DNA of 58,620 nt. Source: Limisphaerales bacterium. Its GTDB lineage: Bacteria > Verrucomicrobiota > Verrucomicrobiia > Limisphaerales > UBA11358. The translations under genes and the position numbers were made by a program. The stretch covers positions 1 through 58,620 of the forward strand of contig PLAY01000182.1 of assembly GCA_003134375.1 (NCBI GenBank), given 5' to 3'. Positions 20,095-28,902 of this stretch are shown here, in pieces (within the stretch, counting starts at the first letter, position 1; the number at the start of each line of letters is the position of its first letter). The notes below the pieces were generated by a model that saw only the letters and a list, made by a program, of their open reading frames with translations, was not told the origin of the DNA and ran no database searches.

Positions 20095-21024
20095 ATGTCT
20101 GCATCAATTTTAGCCAGATTTCAAGGCACACACGGTCGCCGGCGCCTTATCGAAGCCCTGCGTCTCCAACAAATTGTCGCAGATCAAGAAACCTTGGCTT
20201 CACAACTGGCCAACGCAACCCGGCTGGTGGCTTTCGATCCCAAAACCCGTAGCAATGTCGTCATTCGTCAGGGGGCTTTGGACTCCGATATATTCCTGAT
20301 CGTGAGCGGTCGCGTCTCTGTGCAAGTCAACGGGCGTGAGATTGCTATTCGCAGCTCCGGCCAGCATGTCGGGGAAATGGCCCTCATCGATCCCCGGGCC
20401 GTTCGCAGCGCTACCGTCATTGCGACCGAGCCCTCGGTCCTGGCGAAAATCACAGAGCCGGACTTCTCAAGGCTCGCCAGAAAATATCCTCAGCTCTGGC
20501 GTCGCTTGGCGATTGAACTCGCCGACCGCCTCCGTCAGCGGGCCAGATTCCACACGCCTCCCAATGAGAAACCCCGGGTCTTCATCGGCTCTTCCGTGGA
20601 AAACCTACCCATTGCCCAGCAGATCCAAACCGGCTTGGCCCACGACCGCATGCTGGTCCAGGTTTGGACTGACGGCGTTTTTCGTGCCGCCACCGGCACC
20701 ATGGACAACCTGTTCAGGGCTGTCAGCAGTTCCGATTTCGCCGTTCTGGTTTTGGCTCCCGAAGACACCGTTATCAGTCGTAAGAAAAAAAGTTTCGCCC
20801 CACGGGACAATTGCGTCTTCGAACTCGGCCTCTTCATGGGCGCACTCGGTGGCGACCGGGTTTTCATCGTGAAGCAGCGTGGCGCCAATATCAAAACGCC
20901 CACCGACCTTTTGGGAATCACGCCAGCCGAGTATGCCGCTGGAGACGCAGCCACTCTCGCGGCTCGCATCGCCCCGGTCTGCAACGAAATCCGCCAAGCT
21001 GTCCATCGGCTTGGTCCCAAATGA
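20095..21024 (+). CDS. pycTIR: Pycsar effector: cyclic-nucleotide-binding domain + TIR NADase
   Basis: cNMP-binding motif GEMALID..VRSATV; TIR motifs VFIGSS and PRDNCVFELGLFMG; adjacent cyclase. Confidence 0.9.
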   Translation: MSASILARFQGTHGRRRLIEALRLQQIVADQETLASQLANATRLVAFDPKTRSNVVIRQGALDSDIFLIVSGRVSVQVNGREIAIRSSGQHVGEMALIDPRAVRSATVIATEPSVLAKITEPDFSRLARKYPQLWRRLAIELADRLRQRARFHTPPNEKPRVFIGSSVENLPIAQQIQTGLAHDRMLVQVWTDGVFRAATGTMDNLFRAVSSSDFAVLVLAPEDTVISRKKKSFAPRDNCVFELGLFMGALGGDRVFIVKQRGANIKTPTDLLGITPAEYAAGDAATLAARIAPVCNEIRQAVHRLGPK

Positions 21025-21033
21025 GAATATTGT

Positions 21034-21738
21034 ATGAGCCTGACCGCCGACATATCAGCCGAGGTTGACGAAATTTTTAAGACCCAATGGACCGCCCGCG
21101 ACGGCGACAAAGTGCCCGAACCCGAAGATATCCAACTTGGCAACCATGCCGTCCGCTTGGATGGAACAGTCCTTTACGCCGACCTCGCAGACTCGACAAT
21201 CATGGTCAATTCAAAACCGGATTGGTATGCAGCGGAGGTCTACAAATCTTACCTCATCTCCGCCTGCCAAATAATCCGTGAGAATGGCGGCGAAATCACC
21301 GCCTTCGACGGTGACCGCGTCATGGCGGTTTATTTGGGTGACTACAAAAACACCTCGGCAGCAAAGACGGCCCTCCAGATCAATTACGTCGTCTCGCAAA
21401 TCATTAACCCCAAACTCAAAGCCCGGTATCCAGAACATAGTTACCAAATCCGTCAGGTCGTCGGCATTGACACGAGCAAACTCTACGTCGCCCGCACTGG
21501 CATTCGCGGCTCGAACGATCTGGTCTGGGTGGGCCGTGCCGCCAACTACGCCGCAAAACTTTCCTCAATCAATGAAGTTGGCTACTCTTCCTACATCACC
21601 CAAGATGTGTTCAAAATGCTCCACAAATCAGCCAAATTTGGAAACAACGGCACCGGAAATCTAATGTGGGAGCCGCGCCAATCGGATAATGTCTCAGTTT
21701 CTATCCACCGCTCCAATTGGACGTGGAATCCAGGTTGA
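21034..21738 (+). CDS. pycC: Pycsar pyrimidine (probably uridylate) cyclase, class III cyclase fold
   Basis: VLYADLADST, AFDGDRVMAVY, VWVGRAANYAAKL; paired with a CNBD-TIR gene. Confidence 0.9.
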   Translation: MSLTADISAEVDEIFKTQWTARDGDKVPEPEDIQLGNHAVRLDGTVLYADLADSTIMVNSKPDWYAAEVYKSYLISACQIIRENGGEITAFDGDRVMAVYLGDYKNTSAAKTALQINYVVSQIINPKLKARYPEHSYQIRQVVGIDTSKLYVARTGIRGSNDLVWVGRAANYAAKLSSINEVGYSSYITQDVFKMLHKSAKFGNNGTGNLMWEPRQSDNVSVSIHRSNWTWNPG

Positions 21739-21771
21739 ACCGCCAGGAGCGCTTGATCTATTTGCCATTCT

Positions 21772-24180
21772 ATGCAGGTCATCGAGTCCATCAAATTGCG
21801 CGAGGTGTTGGAACTTGTTTCCAAGCCGCGTTACATCTTGGGCACGACCTACACGCTAAGCCTCGCCTTTTTTGAGTCTGCCATCATCCCTGAGTTCAAC
21901 CGCGAACGGCTCAAGTCCTGCCTCATCATCTCCGACTCGCTGGGTTACCACAACGCTCTGACGGAAGCCACCGCGCTTCAGGGCGCGGCTCAGGATTACA
22001 TGGTCGTGCGTGCCCCCATCTCCGGCAGTTTCCATCCCAAAGTCTGGCTCGTAGTCGGGGATATCGAGGCCGTCCTCCTCACTGGCAGCGGGAATCTGAC
22101 CCAGGCCGGCTTCATGACGAATGCGGAACTTTTCGATGCTGTTCGCATCACCTCGGATTCCCCGCCGTCGCCAGCGTTGCTTGCCGATGTTCGTTCATTC
22201 ATCACCGGCTTGGCCGGCATGTGGCACCCGGAAGATCAACAGGAACTTCTCTGCGTTGAAACTCTCACCAACATCGAACAGGCGCTGGCCGGATTGGCAG
22301 TGGCCACACATCACGAACCCAATGGCGTTCGCTTTCTCCATTCTTTCCAAGGCCCACTCCTTGAGCAAATGCCCGCCATTCCGGATGCAAAGGAACTGTA
22401 TGTCGCCGCGCCGTATTTCGGGGACAGCCTCCAAGGCGTGGACTTGCTCACCGCGCGTTACCCCGCCGCCAAACTCCACCTTTATCCGGCAGTGCATTCC
22501 GGACAGGCAACCAATATTCCATTGGCACAGTTGAAGAAGTCATACTCCAAGGCACATGTCTCGCCACTGTCAATTCCAGGAAAAAAAGGGGCTCTCGCTC
22601 ACCTAAAGCTCTATGGCTTGGCCCTCGCCGATGACACCGCCCGGCTATACTGCACCAGTGCCAATTGCACGCAGGCCGCCTGGCAAGGACCTAACGTTGA
22701 GGCCGGTCTCTTGCGCACTGTGCCTCTCGCCGACTTGCCCCGCTACTTTGCCTCCGCCACCGACAAGTTGCCAGCCGGACGCTTGGAACTGCATCAATCC
22801 CAGAACGACAAGGATACCCTCCATTGCTGGGCGGTGGATACCGGCGCCGGTCTGGACCTGCTCATGTCGAGCGATCATCAGACGCGTCTGCCATTAAGTG
22901 ATGTCCGGTTCACTGTTCGCGCCGGCAGTTCTATCGCCACCTGCGACAAAAGTTCCCTGTTTCAAATGAGCTGCCGCGCTCACATTCCTTGGACCGCATT
23001 TGAAGGTTGGCAGCGTCGTCGTAAAGTGGCCATCTGTCTGGAATTTCAAGCGCGGGATGTGCTCGGTAAAGCCGTTCGCACGATTTGCCTCGTCGAAAAC
23101 CGGATGCTGCTCAGTGCCGACCCGATTCACCGCAGTGCGTGGCGCGGCGCACTCGCTCTGCTCGACGCTGAGGGAGCGCCCGAGTTGGGTGACATCGCCG
23201 CCATTTTTTCTCTGGCCGCTGACATGTTCGACGGAAACCTGATCCGACTCCCCGAGGTCAAGATTCCCGCCGGTCAGCCGCGCCTTAAACCAGATGATAA
23301 GGTCGAGCCACCCGCCATCGCAATCTGGCCTCCGCAACCCGATGCTCACGAGTTGCGGAAACAAATCGGCTCATCAGCGCATGGGCAATTGCAATGGTTT
23401 CAAAACATTCTCAAGTCTCTGCTCCAAAGTGACGCGCATTCCAACAACCGTGACCTGACGGAGCAAGGGCACGTTCACCTTCCCGACGACGAGCAGGATG
23501 CCCCGGAAAGGGGCAGGCGCACGGCGGCGAAAACGGTCACCGACACGGACAGCTTGGATCGCGCGGCGAAGACGGCGAAGCGCATTTGGGATCACGCCTT
23601 CAAGGATTATTCGCGGCTCCGCGATAAACTGATACCCCTATGTCCGACTCCCGACAAAGCGCCTAACATTTGGCCCGTCTCTATTTTCGTTTTCCTCTCC
23701 ACGATGGCGGTGTTTCAGGCTGCCAGACGCATGGCCCCCAACCTTTCCCTGGGCATCACCGCGGAGATTTTGTGCGACGATTTTCTCCGGGCCATGTTCA
23801 ATTTCCGCCGTCAGCCCGAGGATTACTGCCGCCCAAAGGGTTTTCGCTACACAAGCGATGAGAAATTTCCTCCACTTGCCAATGACTTGCATTTTAATTT
23901 CAAGCTTCTACCTCACCCGGACCTTGCGACCGTTATCCTCGCCCTGATGATAGATAGGCGGCAGCGTGAACCAGTGCTATATGGCGTGCCTTCGGCCAAG
24001 AACCACCAGTTGGATTTGGTTTGCGGCCCGCAGTTTGTTGCTGCTGCCGACACGCTCGAAGCCTGTCGGCGAATTTGGAGAAGGTATCTGTGTGACCCGA
24101 AGCGCAAGGTCATTGATGCCTCTTTTGAGAAGGATTTTGCCGCGCTGTTTCATCTCAATTCCGGGGGGACGCCACCATGA
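21772..24180 (+). CDS. Phospholipase D-like nuclease-fold protein with two HxK motifs
   Basis: FHPKVWL...TGSGNLT and AHLKLY...TSANCT. Confidence 0.75.
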   Translation: MQVIESIKLREVLELVSKPRYILGTTYTLSLAFFESAIIPEFNRERLKSCLIISDSLGYHNALTEATALQGAAQDYMVVRAPISGSFHPKVWLVVGDIEAVLLTGSGNLTQAGFMTNAELFDAVRITSDSPPSPALLADVRSFITGLAGMWHPEDQQELLCVETLTNIEQALAGLAVATHHEPNGVRFLHSFQGPLLEQMPAIPDAKELYVAAPYFGDSLQGVDLLTARYPAAKLHLYPAVHSGQATNIPLAQLKKSYSKAHVSPLSIPGKKGALAHLKLYGLALADDTARLYCTSANCTQAAWQGPNVEAGLLRTVPLADLPRYFASATDKLPAGRLELHQSQNDKDTLHCWAVDTGAGLDLLMSSDHQTRLPLSDVRFTVRAGSSIATCDKSSLFQMSCRAHIPWTAFEGWQRRRKVAICLEFQARDVLGKAVRTICLVENRMLLSADPIHRSAWRGALALLDAEGAPELGDIAAIFSLAADMFDGNLIRLPEVKIPAGQPRLKPDDKVEPPAIAIWPPQPDAHELRKQIGSSAHGQLQWFQNILKSLLQSDAHSNNRDLTEQGHVHLPDDEQDAPERGRRTAAKTVTDTDSLDRAAKTAKRIWDHAFKDYSRLRDKLIPLCPTPDKAPNIWPVSIFVFLSTMAVFQAARRMAPNLSLGITAEILCDDFLRAMFNFRRQPEDYCRPKGFRYTSDEKFPPLANDLHFNFKLLPHPDLATVILALMIDRRQREPVLYGVPSAKNHQLDLVCGPQFVAAADTLEACRRIWRRYLCDPKRKVIDASFEKDFAALFHLNSGGTPP

Positions 24181-25808
24181 AAGAATTGCCTGATAAACCG
24201 TTCACGACGGCAGATTTCTCCCTGCGGGGTGGTGGTATTGACTTTCTCGGCTTGCGCTGGGTTAACCTCACGATCGTCGGCCGGGATTTGATACCGGAAC
24301 TCAACAACGTCACCGAGGACATGGGAACATTTTTCCTCGGTGGGTGGATTCCGTGGAAATTTCATCAGCTCTGCGCCGGCGGCAGCGATTACACTGAAAA
24401 AAATTACAAATCCTTTCGTGAGAAGGTGGAAGTCGCCGTCTCGCTCACGCTCCGCGATGAATTGGACATTCCTCGGGATTGCGGTCAGGTTCGCAATCGC
24501 GTCGGCATTACCCAGAAAAACCCGCTCCCAGGCAAACTCAGTTTCAAAGACGCCAAACGCACCGGGCAAAACAGCCTCTACGCCGCCGCCATCTATGGCC
24601 CGTCCCTCCATGCGCTGGGACTGATTAAGACCTACCATTCGCAGGCTAGGGATGGAGCGAAATCCTTGGAAATTCCGATTCCGGGTGATGATGAGGATGC
24701 CCTCGCCATTATGAAAGGCGTTGACGCGAGCCTCAGCAAATCCGGCAGCTATCAGGCGCTCGCCTCCCTGGATTCATCGGAATTCAAAGCTAAGGATATC
24801 AGCAAGCTCGCTGCCAGTGGCCTCGACCCCGCCCGCTATCGCGCGCCTGCCTACGCCCCGCTCAAAGCCAGCTTCCGCCGCAAGCTCCTACCCGCTCAGC
24901 TCGACGATCCCGGTTACGCCCGGACACTTACCACACGGCTCATGCTCGCGACATTGAGCCAGCGCAGCCGGCTGACCACGGAACAAATTCGCAACGCCTG
25001 GTATACCGGCATGTTTGATGATGGAAAGCAGCTTCAAATCAAGGACCAGGAACTTGCTGACCATTGCCTGCGCTGGTCATGTTTCATGGCGCGCCAATAC
25101 CAGCGCTATGCCATCGAACTTCTGCTGTGGTGCTTCGAAGATGCGATCAAACAAGGAAATCGCTCCATCGAAGAAGTGATTGAATACTGGGAGCGCCGCT
25201 CCAAATCCGCCGGCTTGGATGGGAATGTCGCCTTTGAACAATTCACCCGTGAAAGTGCCGGGAAACTGCTAAAAAAGGATGACTTGGCAACGTCGCAAGC
25301 GTGGAATGATACAGTCCATGCCGGAGACAAAATTTTTGAATATGTGGATGACCCGCGCGGTGACAATGCCGTTATCAATGCTCTTCGCATGATTGCCGGG
25401 TGGTATTGGCGAATGTTGGTGCGCCAGCAGGAAGGCAAAACCAAGAACCTCCTCAGCCTCGGCGGCGCGGACCGCATGAGTATGAGTTGGTTTCTACAGT
25501 GGCTCACCGTCCGCAAAAAACTGTCCGTCCGCATCCTGCTGAAGGAAATATTCTCCAGCCTCATTTTCGCCCAACACATGCGCATCGCTCTCGCTCGCTT
25601 TGACGGCACAGCACAACGTCTGCGATTCCTCATCGGCGACAGTGGGATAGAAGCAACAATCAGTGCGCGCAGCGATCTCGGCGAACGTGACCTACCTTGG
25701 ATGCCCGACCGGCTCGACACACTTGCGGGGTTGTTATGTGATTGCGATGTCCTCGCTACAAAAAACGGAGCTTTCATACGTGGCCCAGCCGCCGGCGAAT
25801 TCAATTGA
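24177..25808 (+). CDS. Hypothetical protein coupled to the PLD gene (DxLG...NVT N-terminal motif, distantly DUF6361-like)
   Basis: ATGA overlap with the PLD gene; GIDFLGLRWVN...IPELNNVT; 543 aa. Confidence 0.6.
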   Translation: MKELPDKPFTTADFSLRGGGIDFLGLRWVNLTIVGRDLIPELNNVTEDMGTFFLGGWIPWKFHQLCAGGSDYTEKNYKSFREKVEVAVSLTLRDELDIPRDCGQVRNRVGITQKNPLPGKLSFKDAKRTGQNSLYAAAIYGPSLHALGLIKTYHSQARDGAKSLEIPIPGDDEDALAIMKGVDASLSKSGSYQALASLDSSEFKAKDISKLAASGLDPARYRAPAYAPLKASFRRKLLPAQLDDPGYARTLTTRLMLATLSQRSRLTTEQIRNAWYTGMFDDGKQLQIKDQELADHCLRWSCFMARQYQRYAIELLLWCFEDAIKQGNRSIEEVIEYWERRSKSAGLDGNVAFEQFTRESAGKLLKKDDLATSQAWNDTVHAGDKIFEYVDDPRGDNAVINALRMIAGWYWRMLVRQQEGKTKNLLSLGGADRMSMSWFLQWLTVRKKLSVRILLKEIFSSLIFAQHMRIALARFDGTAQRLRFLIGDSGIEATISARSDLGERDLPWMPDRLDTLAGLLCDCDVLATKNGAFIRGPAAGEFN

Positions 25809-25843
25809 TATGATCCATGCAAACACAAACGCCGATGCTTTGA

Positions 25844-26599
25844 ATGCTCACCACCTCCTTTCTAAATAATTACCTTGCTTCATTCTTTGGCTACGGCCAA
25901 TGGACGGCTCCAATATGGTTTGTCGGAATCGAGGAGGCGGGCGGGCGAACCGAATCCGAGGTCGAACGCCGGCTCTCCCTGTGGAATCATCGCGGGAGCA
26001 AAGAATTGGAAGATGCTCCAGTGTTCTACCCCAAGTCTGGTAACGACCGCTGGCACGGCAACAAGGCTGAGTTGCAGGCCACTTGGAAACAGTTAATCCG
26101 GTTGTTGCTTCTGGCCCGCAACGAGCGCGACGACAAGGCCACCATGCTCGCTAACCAACGCGAACAGCTTGGATCGCTTGCCGGCGACACCTGTTTGGCT
26201 GAGTTGTTGCCCTTGCCCTCACCCGACACAGAGACTTGGAACTACCGTGACTGGTCCGACTTGCCGCACCTGGTTTCACGCCAGAAGTATATCACCACGA
26301 TGTTACGACCGCGTGCCGACGCCTTACAGAAAAAGTGTGCTGCGATTCGCCCCAAGGTCGTCATCTTTTACGGACTTGAACTGGCCGGTGGAACGAGCCT
26401 GTTACCAAGCTGGTCGCGGATCGCCGGTGGATGGTTTAATCAGGCAATCGCGGAAGAGAAAATCCTTCTTTCACGCCGCAACGCTCACACAGTCTTCTTC
26501 ATAACACGCCACCCAGTGAACGAAAGCGATGGCTACTTTTCCCGGATCGGCAAATTTCTTGGCGAGAACCATTCATCCCTCTTCGCAAAGCGCCAATAG
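25844..26599 (+). CDS. Hypothetical protein, possible uracil-DNA-glycosylase-like fold
   Basis: FFGYG...IWFVGIEEAGG, ELLPLPSP, PKVVIFYG, TRHP. Fold assignment is tentative. Confidence 0.5.
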   Translation: MLTTSFLNNYLASFFGYGQWTAPIWFVGIEEAGGRTESEVERRLSLWNHRGSKELEDAPVFYPKSGNDRWHGNKAELQATWKQLIRLLLLARNERDDKATMLANQREQLGSLAGDTCLAELLPLPSPDTETWNYRDWSDLPHLVSRQKYITTMLRPRADALQKKCAAIRPKVVIFYGLELAGGTSLLPSWSRIAGGWFNQAIAEEKILLSRRNAHTVFFITRHPVNESDGYFSRIGKFLGENHSSLFAKRQ

Positions 26600-26612
26600 A
26601 TTATTGCTTCAT

Positions 26613-26767
26613 GCATACCGCGCCCTCGTCGCGAGCGGCATACGTTTTTAGCCGCAGCAGCGGTGGTTTCCGTCTGCGGCTCGGCGGCGGCGTTGCGCTC
26701 CGACTTCGTTCCCGCCGTCTCTCCGTCTGCGCTCCACTGTTCCTGCCCGCCGACCGCAGACCGAAAC
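26613..26767. repeat. Structured inter-cassette repeat, copy R1 (3' arm of hairpin A plus full hairpin B)
   Basis: gtttccgtctgcggctcggcgg...cgccgaccgcagaccgaaac; homologous to R2-R5. Confidence 0.85.
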
Positions 26768-26847
26768 ATTTTCATAGAAAATAGGGGGGGTGTGATTGCG
26801 ACTGGCCAATGTTCGTTCATGCCGCTTTGATTTCCTTCGTGTTCATC

Positions 26848-26889
26848 CGCCTGCTCGACGAGCTGGCCTTCCGTGTAGGCGTGGGGCAT
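26848..26889 (-). pseudogene. hsdR: 5' fragment of type I restriction subunit hsdR (scar 3)
   Basis: Encodes MPHAYTEGQLVEQA, resembling HsdR N-termini; near-identical to 28874-28895. Confidence 0.6.
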
Positions 26890-26895
26890 GGCGTC

Positions 26896-27519
26896 TTAAC
26901 AGCTTGCGCTTGGAGATTCCCCATTACATGGCCGACTTCGGTCCTTTTCCGATGGAATCCCAACCTGCATGCGTCGGTATTTCGTCCAGATTTCATCTTT
27001 CAATGTCAGAAGTTCGTCGCGCAACTCCGCTGAATGAAAGCGCCGGTGTCCCTGCTTCAAGTTTTCGATTAGCCTTCGGAGGTTCGGGTATCGCTTCTTG
27101 AAATCGTCCGTGCCTTTCTGACCGAGGTATCGGAAGTCTTCGCTCATCAGCACAAAGGCGTTCTCAAAATGAAGGCCGACATCCTTCTTTCGCTGATCCG
27201 AGTCTAAGTGATACTTGGCAGAGAGTTTGCGCACCGGCTGGTCATTTTCTAGTCGGTAGATGCAGTCGGCCCGCCTCGCATACTCACGCTGCCGATAGTA
27301 GGCGTTTCCCTCCAGTTTGCCGGTCACTCGCGCAATATAGATCAAACGCTCCTCGTATCCCTTGCCGCCAAAACCGAAGATGAGCGACTCCTTCCCGGCT
27401 GTCCTGCGAATCTTGGGCTTGCAGATGGCGAGGCTAAGAAGGTTGCCGCTGACACAGGGCGCTCCACCGTTATCGGCAACCATTTTGTAAACGTATATGT
27501 CAGGTTCGGTCTTGCTCAT
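26896..27519 (-). CDS. Nucleotide-modification-associated domain 2 (Nmad2) protein
   Basis: YVYKMVADNGGAPCV...LSLAICKPKIRRTA; ATGA-coupled to the Nmad3 gene. Confidence 0.75.
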   Translation of the reverse strand: MSKTEPDIYVYKMVADNGGAPCVSGNLLSLAICKPKIRRTAGKESLIFGFGGKGYEERLIYIARVTGKLEGNAYYRQREYARRADCIYRLENDQPVRKLSAKYHLDSDQRKKDVGLHFENAFVLMSEDFRYLGQKGTDDFKKRYPNLRRLIENLKQGHRRFHSAELRDELLTLKDEIWTKYRRMQVGIPSEKDRSRPCNGESPSASC

Positions 27520-28223
27520 ACGGGATTGTTCTCCGCCACCAATTCAGGCTTCTGCGCGAGAAACCAGCGGTAAAAATTTGCGGTGTCGTGGAAGGCGGGC
27601 AACCTCACGCTGCGGTGAATGTAGCCGTCCTTGATGTCGAGGCCGCCCCAGGCGTCCAGCAGGTCGTTTCTCACGCGATAGACCCGGTCGCGCAATTCGC
27701 CGATGGGAATGCAACGGCGGAAACGGCCAGACACGCCGGGTTTCGCACGAACAACGATGTCCCCGTCGCCGGGAACACGGCGCGTGTGCGCGTTTTCCGC
27801 CCAGCGTGACTTCGGGACGGACTTGGCCGAAACAATTTCCTCGATCACATACAAACCGATGAGCGCGTAGATCAGCGGTCGCGCCGGACCGTCCACCGGA
27901 CGCAGAGCGGCGAAGAACGCCAGCAGGTCGCCAGCGGTCAGCAGCGAGGTGATGCGTTTTCCGCGCTGGCCTTGATCGCCGTAGGTGAGTTGTTCAAAAT
28001 CCGGGTCAAGATGTGTGGGCGTGCCGAGAAGTTCCGGCGGCAACTGCTCACCAAATCGTTTCACCACCGGAATGAACTCGTCGTAACGGCGGGACATGCC
28101 ATCACGTAGCGGCTTCGTGTCGGTGATTGTGACGTAGGAAAACTCACCAGAGGCCAACCGCATCGGCGCGTTCCAGCAGCCGTCCGTTGAATCAATGCCG
28201 ACTCTGACGAGCAACCCGTTCAT
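27516..28223 (-). CDS. Nucleotide-modification-associated domain 3 (Nmad3) protein; likely start ATG 28223
   Basis: LVRVGIDST..G, HLDPDF, TYGD, GDLLAFF, ENAH. Confidence 0.75.
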   Translation of the reverse strand: MNGLLVRVGIDSTDGCWNAPMRLASGEFSYVTITDTKPLRDGMSRRYDEFIPVVKRFGEQLPPELLGTPTHLDPDFEQLTYGDQGQRGKRITSLLTAGDLLAFFAALRPVDGPARPLIYALIGLYVIEEIVSAKSVPKSRWAENAHTRRVPGDGDIVVRAKPGVSGRFRRCIPIGELRDRVYRVRNDLLDAWGGLDIKDGYIHRSVRLPAFHDTANFYRWFLAQKPELVAENNPV

Positions 28224-28309
28224 CCTCGCCCTCCGTTCCAGCCAAGCTCCGCGAACAACCCGATGGCGGATTGCTCGACAAGCTGGTCTTCGGTTTGGGT
28301 GTGGTGCAT
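28220..28309 (-). pseudogene. hsdR: 5' fragment of hsdR (scar 2); 29-aa mini-ORF coupled to Nmad3
   Basis: Translates MHHTQTEDQLVEQSAIGLFAELGWNGGRG*; its stop overlaps the Nmad3 ATG. Confidence 0.7.
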
Positions 28310-28335
28310 GGCGGCTTCTGGACGGCTTTATTTCT

Positions 28336-28812
28336 TCAACGGTTGGTGGTCGGAAGTGCTGCTGGAGCGGAGATTGCGGGCTTCGCATCTTTGTCTTTAG
28401 TGCTTAGCCAAACCGCGTAACTGGAAACATACCCCGTCACCAGCCCGATGATGATGCCGGTGACGATGCCACTGATCCTGCTCTTCCGCGTTGCCCGGAA
28501 TAGCAGCCGTGCAAATGATTCTTCGGAAACCTTCAGTTGATGGTCAGCAGTCGCCTTATCTTGTTCCAAGGCGGCTATTTCTTTTCGGAGTTGGTCCACC
28601 TGATTCTTACTTGTGCTTGCATCGGCCTGAAGTTCCCCAACGGCCGCGATAGCTGCTTCCAAGTCTGCCTTGATTTTGCCCAGTCGAGCAATGCGCTCAT
28701 CAACAGATTCCGCACTCTGGAAGTCTGCGAGCGAAACGCTGATACCAGCTACCGAGAGCGTCATATTTTTGACAGCCGCGGAGATTACCTGCTTCACATT
28801 CTTTGTATCCAT
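28336..28812 (-). CDS. Small coiled-coil protein with a C-terminal TM helix
   Basis: AAAGGA RBS; heptad region; ISGIVTGIIIGLVTGYVSSYAVWL. Confidence 0.65.
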   Translation of the reverse strand: MDTKNVKQVISAAVKNMTLSVAGISVSLADFQSAESVDERIARLGKIKADLEAAIAAVGELQADASTSKNQVDQLRKEIAALEQDKATADHQLKVSEESFARLLFRATRKSRISGIVTGIIIGLVTGYVSSYAVWLSTKDKDAKPAISAPAALPTTNR

Positions 28813-28854
28813 ATCCTTTTGATCGATTTCATCGGGTTAACGGCGTGCGACGCC

Positions 28855-28892
28855 TTGCTAAACAATTTGGTTACGGTGTAGGCGTGGGGCAT
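28855..28892 (-). pseudogene. hsdR: Degenerate 5' fragment of hsdR (scar 1)
   Basis: atgccccacgcctacacc (MPHAYT) followed by a frameshifted match to the other two scars. Confidence 0.55.
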
Positions 28893-28902
28893 GGCATTGT
28901 GA

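Noticed and set aside
26533-26889. 118-aa ORF as a real gene, and similar ORFs over R2-R5 (e.g. 46929-47246, 51755-52054)
   Set aside because: These are read-through of an hsdR scar or translations of the repeat itself, so their mutual similarity just reflects the DNA repeat.
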